Shown piece by piece: positions 1-8,693 of a DNA stretch of 64,000 bases. Position 1 is the first letter of the stretch, and each line of letters begins with the position of its first letter. Source of the DNA: Bacteroidales bacterium (GTDB taxonomy: Bacteria; Bacteroidota; Bacteroidia; Bacteroidales; FEN-979); contig OY820914.1 in NCBI GenBank assembly GCA_963682005.1, forward strand, positions 4,878,005 through 4,942,004, given 5' to 3'. The notes beneath the pieces were generated by a model. It saw nothing but the letters and a program-made list of their open reading frames with translations. It made no database searches and was not told the DNA's origin. Made by a program: the position numbers and the translations under genes.

Positions 1-2
1 CC

Positions 3-302
3 GTCATTGAATCAGAATTTACCCATGAGGAGAAAGAGATCAGTCTGGTCAAGGGCGAAAACTTCATGCATACAAAAGAGCAGCACAAGCAATCAGAATA
101 TTACCATAAGTTGGGTGACGTTATCCGGAATTACGAAGAAGTGATCCTTTTCGGACCTACTGAGGCGAAGTCAGAACTCCTGAACATTTTACGGGAACAG
201 CATTTGTTCGAAAAAATCAAGATCAATATCAGGCAAACGGATAAAATGACGGAACACCAGCAGCATTCGTTTGTTAAAGAATACTTTACACAAGCCGGGT
301 AA
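3..302 (+). CDS. hypothetical protein (5' end outside window)
   Basis: The frame is open from nt 3 (VIESEFTHEEKEISLVKGENF precedes the Met at 66), with the stop at 300-302. No family recognised by eye. Confidence 0.4.
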   Translation, partial: VIESEFTHEEKEISLVKGENFMHTKEQHKQSEYYHKLGDVIRNYEEVILFGPTEAKSELLNILREQHLFEKIKINIRQTDKMTEHQQHSFVKEYFTQAG

Positions 303-392
303 GATATCAGAATAGGCTTTTACCCTTTCTTCCATAAGGATATTTATTCTCTGATTTTCGTCCATTTTTCCCCACCATGCCTGTTGAAAAAT

Positions 393-423
393 GAAGAGGT
401 CGTCCTGTTTGGACGACCTCTTC
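393..423 (-). terminator. rho-independent terminator of the giant surface protein gene (may also serve the convergent + strand ORF)
   Basis: Perfect 13-bp stem gaagaggtcgtcc / ggacgacctcttc with loop tgttt. An A-run on the + strand at 387-391 gives the U-tract on the - strand. Confidence 0.75.
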
Positions 424-451
424 CCCATAAAATTCATATTCGCACGAAAGG

Positions 452-3400
452 TTACCTTGTAAATACGATCTTATTGGTCTTAATGTAGGAGGTAGTTACA
501 CCATCGACAATGATTCTGTACAGGTACGTGCCCGTAGTGAGAAAGATATTGGATGGATCGATTGCCACTTGATAATAACCAGCTTTCTGTTCTTCATCCA
601 CAAGAGTACGGACCGACTCCCCAAATAAATTGGCAAGCATCAGTTTTACATGTCCTCGCTCGGGTAACGTGTAAATGATTGTCGTGTTATTCTTGAATGG
701 ATTGGGATAGTTGGACAATGAGAACTTCAACGAACTGTTGGCAGTTCTAACCGAGCTCAACAAAAGGTTTGGGGTTTCAATGATGCGTGCATCCGGACCG
801 GCAAATTCGCTGCCCTCGTTGATGGAGAATAGTTGAACCGGATAATCGATGCCTGATTTGACCTTCAACCGGAGTGTAATGAGGGCATCATGGAACGATA
901 GTTTCATGGCATTGGGGTCAGACCACGCCAGGTTCAGTTTTCCATCCGTCATTGTATATTGGATTCCTTCCGGGGCACTGACAACCTCCTCAACATCCAG
1001 GAAATCCTGGTTGAACTTAAGAAAGAGAGTCATTGCTCCCATATTTATATCCCGTCCGGCTCTGAGAGAATAGAGGAAAGATTCGTTGGGATTAACGCTG
1101 ATTGTTCCATCTTCAACAATAGCAATACTATTCGCTTCCTTAAGACCTGCCGGGATGTTAGAATGGTTAACATCACCAATACTAAGGCCAAAAATCTGAT
1201 ATGTAGCACCTCCCGGCGGTACAACAACCGGTCCATCGGTAAACTTCCATGAGCCTGCCGGAAAATAGTTAATCATTCCAATGGCTCTCATCTTGATCCA
1301 CAATGCATCCGTCGGATTGATATAATTGTCAGCATTGACATTGCCGGCAATTGAATCAAAATGATCGAATGTGTACAATCCAAGAAAAACCAGTTGATCG
1401 ATGAGGGCATCTGTTGCATTTACGCCACCCCAGGCTAATGAATAACTTGAATTGATCGTATAAGTACCTGTGGCGATATTGGTAAATGCATAATAACCAT
1501 CGGCATCGATTCCCGGCCCGGATGTCGTTGTAGCGACTATTGTACCTGCCGAATTGACAAGTTGCAGGTCAACCCCGTTTAACGGTGTTTCGTATTGGTT
1601 TTTATAATTAACGGTTCCGCTCAGCATGGAATGTCCGGCATGCACGATGACAGTGAATTCAGTACATTTCGAACATCCTGTCGCCAGGTCTGTTTCACAA
1701 ACTGTAATGATATGTGAACCCGGGGTCAGCCAATGGATGCATGTTCTGTATCCGCAACCGCAGTCAAGGATTTCCCCCCCATCAATTGTCCAGTTCCAGA
1801 GATGTCCGGGCAGGTAAGCAACCTCATAACAGCAGGTATCGTCAGCCACTACCTCCGGACAGCCGGAAATTTCAGGATTTGGTAATGGATTGATGCCAAC
1901 AGGGAAAATAACGCAAGCTGCGCACTGCAAGGGTTCTCCGGCGGTTATGTCAGTCACTGTAACAGCAACCTGGCCGGCACTGCCATCACCCCAGTCAACA
2001 TTGATCGTTGGAGAATTCTGGCCTGTGAAAGACACAAGTCCGACTCCATTGTCAGTGACGATCCATTGATATGCATAAACATGTCCGGGTATCGGTGATG
2101 GTGTATCAAACACTGCAAAGTATACAGCGTTTTGCTCATATTCGCATACATTTGCGGGGCCTTCTATGTGGAATGACGGGCTCGGCAGCACGAAAACAGG
2201 AACATCGACCGGTACAAGTGCAGCACAAGTGCTGGCATCGGCATAATTGACACTCACATTTCCAACACCGGCAATGGTCCATTTCACGGTTACCGTATTA
2301 TCAAGAAGGCCGCCACCCGCAGTGATGATGCCTTGTGTCACTGACCAGACATAATTAGCCATCCCAGGATCCGTGGTATAGACATTTCCGTCATAGTTCA
2401 GGCAAACGGGTGTCGGGCCGGCAAGATGAATAACCGGCAACTGGTTAATAATGACAGCAATGGTTGTTTCTCCTGAACACCGGTAATGAACAGCGACAGT
2501 TCCGATACCTGAATAGCCCCAGTCAACATAGATACTGCTGGTTCCTTGTCCGGTGAATGAAACAGCCCCGGTAACAGTCCAGAAGTATTCAGTCATTCCT
2601 GGTTCCGTTGAATATATGGCACCGGATAATTCGCAAACATCCTGATCTCCATCGATGGACGGGACGAGCTGTAACGCTTCATCAATAATCACATGGCCAA
2701 GATCAATAATGCAGGTGATCTGTGAAGCATCTCTGATAAAGATATCATAACTACCGGGTGCAAGGCTGGTAAATATATTGCCTGCCTGCCATGGATAACC
2801 TGTGATCATGAATTCATATCCATCACCACCACCTGAAGTATTGCTGATAGTGATCGTACCTTCACTGGTACCAAAGCATGCAATATCAGAATGAGACACA
2901 TCCCCTGTCAGCAAGGGATTTACAATGATCGTCACAAGTTCCGTATAAATCGTACCACATTTGATATCATTCTGCTGCAACCTGTACCTGGTTGTCTGAA
3001 TAAGAGAACCCGGAGCATATGTCAGTGTAGTTTCACCGGGTAAGTCAAACCAGTTCACACCTTCATAGGAATACTGCCATAGATAATTGTAGATACCCTG
3101 CCCGCCTGTCGGTGGATCAGCATATACAGGATCCGGAACAGTGCTGTAACAGATGGCCTGGTTGGAATGAACAGCTCCCGGATTCAAATGATCAAATACA
3201 AAAATCTCAACCTCATTCGTGAGCACTGTCAAGATACACGTTTCATCGGTTTGCTGCAACCTGTACCATGAAGTGGTGGTCAGAGCGCCGGGAGAATGGA
3301 TAAGATCTGTCGCACCTGAAAGTTCATACCAATTACTGCGATCGGTTGTGTACTGCCATTGATAATGATTATCTCCGCTTCCTCCTGCGGGCATCGTTGC

Positions 3401-6400
3401 TGAAACCGGAAGGGGAATTGTATTGTAACAGATGGCCTGATCAGCGGATGCCGACCCCGCGCTGTACTCTGAAATGAATGTCAATACCATCGAATCATCT
3501 GCATTTGGGCATGGGGAGCATCCTGACGCATGGATGAATAGGGTAACATGGCCCAACAGGAGATCAGTTATGCCCGCAGTGTAAGTTGCATGCAAATAAT
3601 GACTATTATCCCACGTCCCGTCACCGGAAGATGACCAGGTGACGCTCGTGGCATCCTGAGCTGATGCATTAGTAAGTGTGAATGGAAGATTCCTGCAGAC
3701 TGTTGTGTCTGCTCCTGCATATACCTCCGGAATATGGCTTATGCAGAGTTTCATTGTGTCTGTGACTTCGGAACAGGGAGGATCACCGGTCAGATGCAGT
3801 ACAAGATATGTACAAGATCCGCAACTGGTTCCGATATCGCCCTCACCCGGGATATAGGATGGGTGAAGGATATTCGGATCGGTGAAATAACCGGTGCCAG
3901 TTGTTGTCCAGTATAGCGTTTTATAATTGTGTGCTGAGGCAAGGCACAGACAGTAGGTGGAATTTTCACAGATGATTGCATCCGGCCCTGCATTGGCTTT
4001 TGGTCCTGGCACAATATTTAATGTCACATAATCTACAGCACTAACACACAATCCATTGCTTAATGCTGTCAGATATAGGGTAACATGACCAAGAGAAATA
4101 TCTGACAATCCGGGATAGTAAACAGGATGAAGCAAAGCAGGATTATTAAAATAGCCGCTACCTGTTGTTGCCCAATACAGCGAAGTATAATTGGATGCCG
4201 ATGATGTTGAAAGATAATAAGGCGTTTCTTCGCAAATCGTGGTATCATGACCGGCATTGGCGAAAGCCGGGGAATTGATATTGATCACGACCTCATCAAC
4301 CGTTGAATCGCAAACACCATTTCCAATACTCCTGAAGAATGTATATGAACCTGCAACCAGGTTATTGACAAAGGTTGTCGGACTGCCAGGATTGATAATA
4401 CCAGCAGTCGATGGGCCATCATATTGAGACCACATCCCAGATCCGTAAAGCGGAATATTCCCCTGCAAAGTTGCTGAAATTGTCGGGTCTGAAGTGAGAC
4501 AAAGTTGTTGATCCTGGCCGGCATAAGCCGGTGAGGGGGAATGATAATTGATGATGGTTGTTTCATCAGAGGCTGAGCAGTAAATGCCATTGAAATATGT
4601 TGTTATGGTATACCTGAATATATAAGGTATAGTGCTTCCTATCATCCCGGAAACGATCGCAAAAGGTGAATTTGATGGACCGACAGACACGGGACCAGGG
4701 CCCGATACAAATGACCAGTTACCTGAACTTCCCTGTGGTGGCCAGTTCCCTGCCAGCATTGCAGTGTACTGGTCACAATACACCTGGTCAGGACCGGCAT
4801 CAATCGCTGGAACAGGGTTTACGGTCACGATTATGTGATTTGAGGTCACACTTCCGCAGGAATTTGTGTTTGTGACAGAATAATCGCCTCCTGTGAAAAC
4901 GGTAATTGATGGTGTTGAAGCTCCTGTACTCCAGGTCCCACCACTGTTTCCTGAAAGGATAACACTTTCCCCTTCACAAAATGTAGTCGCCCCGCCTGCC
5001 GATATGATCGATGCAACCGGCAGCACGTTCACGGTTACTATTATGTGGTTTGATGTCACACTTCCGCAGGAATTTGTATTTGTTACAGAATAATCGCCTC
5101 CCGTGGAAACCGTAATGGACGGTGTTGTTGCTCCTGTGCTCCAGGTCCCGCCTGTATTTCCTGAAAGGATAACACTTTCCTCTTCACAAAAGGTCGTCAC
5201 CCCATCTGCCGAAATGATCGATGCAACCGGCAGCGGATTTACCGTTACAATAATGTGATTTGAGGTCACACTTCCGCAGGAATTGGTGTTTGTTACAAAA
5301 TAGTCGCCACTTGTGAAAACGGTAATTGATGGTGTTGAAGCTCCTGTACTCCAGGTCCCGCCTGAATTTCCTGAAAGGATCACACTTTCCCCTTCACAAA
5401 ATGTAGTCGCCCCGCCTCCCGATATGATCGATGCAACCGGCATCGGATTGACCGTTACAATAATATGATTTGAGGTCGCACTTCCACAGGAATTTGTGTT
5501 TGTTACAGAATAATCACCGCTTGTGAAAACGGTAATTGATGGTGTTGTTGCTCCTGTACTCCAGGTCCCACCAGTATTTCCTGAAAGGATCACACTTTCC
5601 CCTTCACAAAATGTAGTCGCCCCGCCTGCCGTTATAATTGATGCAACCGGCAGCGTATTGACCGTTACGATTATGTGATTCGATGTTACACTTCCGCAGG
5701 AATTGGTATTTGTTACAGAATAATCGCCGTCTGTGAAAACGGTAATTGATGGTGTTGTAGCTCCTGTACTCCAGGCCCCACCTGTATTTCCTGAAAGGAT
5801 AACACTTTCCCCTTCACAAAAGGTCGTCGCCCCGCCTGCCGAAATGATCGATGCAACCGGTAGCGCGTTCACGGTTACTATCATGTGATTCGATGTCACA
5901 CTTCCACAGGAATTGGTGTTTGTTACAGAATAATCGCCGTCTGTGAAAACGGTAATTGATGGTGTTGTAGCTCCTGTACTCCAGGTCCCGCCTATGTTTC
6001 CTGAAAGGATAACACTTTCCCCTTCACAAAAGGTCGTCGCCCCGCCTGCCGAAATGATCGATGCAACCGGTAGCGCGTTCACGGTTACTATCATGTGATT
6101 CGATGTCACACTTCCACAGGAATTGGTGTTTGTTACAGAATAATCGCCATCTGTGAAAACGGTAATTGATGGTGTTGTAGCTCCTGTACTCCAGGTCCCG
6201 CCTATGTTTCCTGAAAGGATAACACTTTCCCCTTCACAAAAGGTCGTCGCCCCGCCTGCCGAAATGATCGATGCAACCGGTAGCGCGTTCACGGTTACTA
6301 TCATGTGATTCGATGTCACACTTCCACAGGAATTGGTGTTTGTTACAGAATAATCGCCATCTGTGAAAACGGTAATTGATGGTGTTGTAGCTCCTGTACT

Positions 6401-8218
6401 CCAGGTCCCGCCTATGTTTCCTGAAAGGATAACACTTTCCCCTTCACAAAAGGTCGTCGCCCCGCCTGCCGAAATGATCGATGCAACCGGTAGCGCGTTC
6501 ACGGTTACTATCATGTGATTCGATGTCACACTTCCGCAGGAATTTGTATTTGTGACAGAATAATCGCCTCCTGTTAACACGGTAATTGATGGTGTTGAAG
6601 CTCCTGTGCTCCAGGTTCCACCTGAATTTCCTGAAAGGATCACACTTTCCCCTTCACAAAAGGTCGTCGCCCCGCCTGCCGATATGATCGATGCAACCGG
6701 CAGCGCGTTCACGGTTACTATTATGTGATTCGATGTCACACTTCCGCAGGAATTTGTATTTGTGACGGAATAATCGCCTCCTGTTAAAACGGTAATGGAT
6801 GGTGTTGTTGCTCCTGTGCTCCAGGTTCCACCTGTATTTCCTGAAAGGATAACACTTTCCCCTTCACAAAAGGTCGTCGCCCCGCCTGCCGTTATAATTG
6901 ATGCAACCGGTAGCGCGTTCACGGTTACTATTATGTGATTCGATGTCACACTTCCACAGGAATTTGTGTTTGTAACAGAATAATCGCCTCCTGTGAAAAC
7001 GGTAATTGATGGTGTTGTAGCTCCTGTACTCCAGGTCCCGCCACTGTTTCCTGAAAGGATAACACTTTCCCCTTCACAAAATGTCGTCGCTCCTCCTGCC
7101 GTAATGATTGATGCAACCGGGAGCGGATCGACGGTCACGATAATGTGATTTGATGTCACACTTCCGCAGGAATTTGTGTTTGTAACAGAATAATCGCCTC
7201 CTGTGAAAACGGTAATTGATGGTGTTGTTGCTCCTGTACTCCAGGTTCCACCAGTATTTCCTGAAAGGATCACACTTTCCCCTTCACAAAATGTCGTCGC
7301 TCCTCCTGCCGTTATAATTGATGCAACCGGCATCGGATTGACCGTTACAATAATATGATTTGAGGTCACACTTCCACAGGAATTTGTGTTTGTAACAGAA
7401 TAATCGCCACCTGTGAAAACGGTAATGGATGGTGTTGTAGCTCCTGTACTCCAGGTTCCACCTGAATTTCCTGAAAGGATAACACTTTCCCCTTCACAAA
7501 AGGTCGTCGCCCCGCCAGCCGAAATGATTGACGGCAAAGGTGAAAGTTGTATCTCCACCATATTATTATGCAGAATAACAGCCCCTGCCGTTGTAAGTCC
7601 TCTGCCAAGAAGGGTTGACCCTTCTAATAATGAAATTGCACCTCCTGACACAACTGTACCCCTGAAAACAGAATAATCCCCCAACTCGAATGCTCCCGTT
7701 ATCTGCCAGTAGACATTGCAAATACAGGCTGAATTAGTCAGAAGCACATTTGAAAATGTACTTGTTGATAAAGCCCCATCTATCCGGATTATAAATAAGG
7801 CATCAGGATCTCCGCCTGCATCGAGGGTCAGATCACCTGTTAAGTTTGCAGCCGCTCCTGCGAAGTAAACTCCAGGAGTTAGTATCTGACCTCCCAATGA
7901 AGTCCCCAAAACAACCCCGCCCAGCGTGCTCAAATAGCCATAGGCAAGGCTCAAATCTGTTGAGGCCTGTGCTAAAACAGGATCTCCCACAGTATAGATT
8001 TGTCCTGTTATTGTACCCGGAGGAAATCCAGTCAAAGCACCTGCATAGGTGCCAATATCACCGGTTATTGATGATAGTCCGTTATTTGTAAATTCTCCGG
8101 CCGAAGTAAATAGTGCAAAACCGGAAGCAGCACCCAGGTCAGGAGCTTGCCCAAAATTCACATTTAGCATAACAAACAGAAAACCGATTGTGGATGCAAA
8201 GCGGAGATGTTTTTTCAT
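452..8218 (-). CDS. giant T9SS-secreted surface protein: signal peptide, DUF3494 (ice-binding-like) domain, 13 tandem 70-aa Ig-like repeats, further PKD/Ig-like and SprB-type repeats, CarboxypepD_reg-like, dockerin-like and cohesin-like modules, T9SS C-terminal sorting domain
   Basis: 2588-aa ORF. The N-terminus MKKHLRFASTIGFLFVMLNVNFGQAPDLGAASGFALFT...ITGDIGT is typical of DUF3494. The C-terminus NYPNPFKNNTTIIYTL...YLYRIIVDG...KIVFTR is typical of the Por_Secre_tail sorting domain. Confidence 0.9.
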   Translation of the reverse strand: MKKHLRFASTIGFLFVMLNVNFGQAPDLGAASGFALFTSAGEFTNNGLSSITGDIGTYAGALTGFPPGTITGQIYTVGDPVLAQASTDLSLAYGYLSTLGGVVLGTSLGGQILTPGVYFAGAAANLTGDLTLDAGGDPDALFIIRIDGALSTSTFSNVLLTNSACICNVYWQITGAFELGDYSVFRGTVVSGGAISLLEGSTLLGRGLTTAGAVILHNNMVEIQLSPLPSIISAGGATTFCEGESVILSGNSGGTWSTGATTPSITVFTGGDYSVTNTNSCGSVTSNHIIVTVNPMPVASIITAGGATTFCEGESVILSGNTGGTWSTGATTPSITVFTGGDYSVTNTNSCGSVTSNHIIVTVDPLPVASIITAGGATTFCEGESVILSGNSGGTWSTGATTPSITVFTGGDYSVTNTNSCGSVTSNHIIVTVNALPVASIITAGGATTFCEGESVILSGNTGGTWSTGATTPSITVLTGGDYSVTNTNSCGSVTSNHIIVTVNALPVASIISAGGATTFCEGESVILSGNSGGTWSTGASTPSITVLTGGDYSVTNTNSCGSVTSNHMIVTVNALPVASIISAGGATTFCEGESVILSGNIGGTWSTGATTPSITVFTDGDYSVTNTNSCGSVTSNHMIVTVNALPVASIISAGGATTFCEGESVILSGNIGGTWSTGATTPSITVFTDGDYSVTNTNSCGSVTSNHMIVTVNALPVASIISAGGATTFCEGESVILSGNIGGTWSTGATTPSITVFTDGDYSVTNTNSCGSVTSNHMIVTVNALPVASIISAGGATTFCEGESVILSGNTGGAWSTGATTPSITVFTDGDYSVTNTNSCGSVTSNHIIVTVNTLPVASIITAGGATTFCEGESVILSGNTGGTWSTGATTPSITVFTSGDYSVTNTNSCGSATSNHIIVTVNPMPVASIISGGGATTFCEGESVILSGNSGGTWSTGASTPSITVFTSGDYFVTNTNSCGSVTSNHIIVTVNPLPVASIISADGVTTFCEEESVILSGNTGGTWSTGATTPSITVSTGGDYSVTNTNSCGSVTSNHIIVTVNVLPVASIISAGGATTFCEGESVILSGNSGGTWSTGASTPSITVFTGGDYSVTNTNSCGSVTSNHIIVTVNPVPAIDAGPDQVYCDQYTAMLAGNWPPQGSSGNWSFVSGPGPVSVGPSNSPFAIVSGMIGSTIPYIFRYTITTYFNGIYCSASDETTIINYHSPSPAYAGQDQQLCLTSDPTISATLQGNIPLYGSGMWSQYDGPSTAGIINPGSPTTFVNNLVAGSYTFFRSIGNGVCDSTVDEVVININSPAFANAGHDTTICEETPYYLSTSSASNYTSLYWATTGSGYFNNPALLHPVYYPGLSDISLGHVTLYLTALSNGLCVSAVDYVTLNIVPGPKANAGPDAIICENSTYCLCLASAHNYKTLYWTTTGTGYFTDPNILHPSYIPGEGDIGTSCGSCTYLVLHLTGDPPCSEVTDTMKLCISHIPEVYAGADTTVCRNLPFTLTNASAQDATSVTWSSSGDGTWDNSHYLHATYTAGITDLLLGHVTLFIHASGCSPCPNADDSMVLTFISEYSAGSASADQAICYNTIPLPVSATMPAGGSGDNHYQWQYTTDRSNWYELSGATDLIHSPGALTTTSWYRLQQTDETCILTVLTNEVEIFVFDHLNPGAVHSNQAICYSTVPDPVYADPPTGGQGIYNYLWQYSYEGVNWFDLPGETTLTYAPGSLIQTTRYRLQQNDIKCGTIYTELVTIIVNPLLTGDVSHSDIACFGTSEGTITISNTSGGGDGYEFMITGYPWQAGNIFTSLAPGSYDIFIRDASQITCIIDLGHVIIDEALQLVPSIDGDQDVCELSGAIYSTEPGMTEYFWTVTGAVSFTGQGTSSIYVDWGYSGIGTVAVHYRCSGETTIAVIINQLPVIHLAGPTPVCLNYDGNVYTTDPGMANYVWSVTQGIITAGGGLLDNTVTVKWTIAGVGNVSVNYADASTCAALVPVDVPVFVLPSPSFHIEGPANVCEYEQNAVYFAVFDTPSPIPGHVYAYQWIVTDNGVGLVSFTGQNSPTINVDWGDGSAGQVAVTVTDITAGEPLQCAACVIFPVGINPLPNPEISGCPEVVADDTCCYEVAYLPGHLWNWTIDGGEILDCGCGYRTCIHWLTPGSHIITVCETDLATGCSKCTEFTVIVHAGHSMLSGTVNYKNQYETPLNGVDLQLVNSAGTIVATTTSGPGIDADGYYAFTNIATGTYTINSSYSLAWGGVNATDALIDQLVFLGLYTFDHFDSIAGNVNADNYINPTDALWIKMRAIGMINYFPAGSWKFTDGPVVVPPGGATYQIFGLSIGDVNHSNIPAGLKEANSIAIVEDGTISVNPNESFLYSLRAGRDINMGAMTLFLKFNQDFLDVEEVVSAPEGIQYTMTDGKLNLAWSDPNAMKLSFHDALITLRLKVKSGIDYPVQLFSINEGSEFAGPDARIIETPNLLLSSVRTANSSLKFSLSNYPNPFKNNTTIIYTLPERGHVKLMLANLFGESVRTLVDEEQKAGYYQVAIDPSNIFLTTGTYLYRIIVDGVTTSYIKTNKIVFTR
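4811..7540 (-). repeat. 13 tandem 210-bp (70-aa) coding repeats inside the giant surface protein gene
   Basis: The 210-nt period was checked at 4861/5071 and 5881/6091/6301. The protein unit is PVASIISAGGATTFCEGESVILSGN.GGTWSTGATTPSITVFTGGDYSVTNTNSCGSVTSNHIIVTVN.L, repeated 13 times. Confidence 0.95.
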
Positions 8219-8256
8219 TTTGTTGTGTTTTTGTTTTAGGTTTCTTATCTATTAAA

Positions 8257-8312
8257 TAAAGGTCGAAATCATTATTAAAAAAACTGTTACAGAATTTTAG
8301 TTATATGTTACA
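8257..8312 (-). promoter_or_regulatory. TGTAAC-pair promoter module P1 (drives the giant surface protein gene)
   Basis: Read toward the gene: TGTAAC-atataactaaaattc-TGTAAC-agtttttttaataatgatttc-GACCTTTA. Confidence 0.6.
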
Positions 8313-8644
8313 TAAAACACACATTATCAATTGGAAAAATAAAGCATTTCAAAGATGACATTTATCATTTTTTTATGTAAGATGGTTTTATTGTCATCTG
8401 CCATCCCGGTAAATTTCAATTGTTGCAGGAATTTCTGCAGACCTACTTAATCAATGTAAATCAGGAAAAAAATAATGCTTTGGAACAAAAGGAAAAGAAC
8501 TTAAAAAACCTGAGAAAATAAAAATTGTGCTGTAAATCAGGTTTGAAATTTTTAACAAATGGCATTTGAGATTTGGATATGAGATGAATTACTTTTTCAT
8601 ATGCGTGAATCATGGAATTTGTTGTAAGCATCTAAACAGGAAGC

Positions 8645-8673
8645 AAAAAAAAACCGGGAAGTTAATTCCCGGT
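8645..8673 (-). terminator. rho-independent terminator of the 962-aa surface protein gene
   Basis: 8-bp stem accgggaa / ttcccggt. A 9-nt A-run on the + strand gives the U-tract on the - strand. Confidence 0.75.
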
Positions 8674-8693
8674 CTTTCATGAAACAGAGGTAT

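Noticed and set aside
849-8255. Numerous 60-115-aa ORFs on both strands within the giant gene (e.g. 4285-4590, 7413-7676)
   Set aside because: They are shadow ORFs inside a continuous 7.8-kb reading frame. Several merely repeat with the 210-bp period.
8313-8644. About 330 bp of AT-rich ORF-free sequence between module P1 and the upstream gene's terminator, as a possible sRNA or degraded gene
   Set aside because: I could not identify a promoter/terminator pair, a conserved structure or a frame remnant by eye. There is insufficient evidence to call anything.
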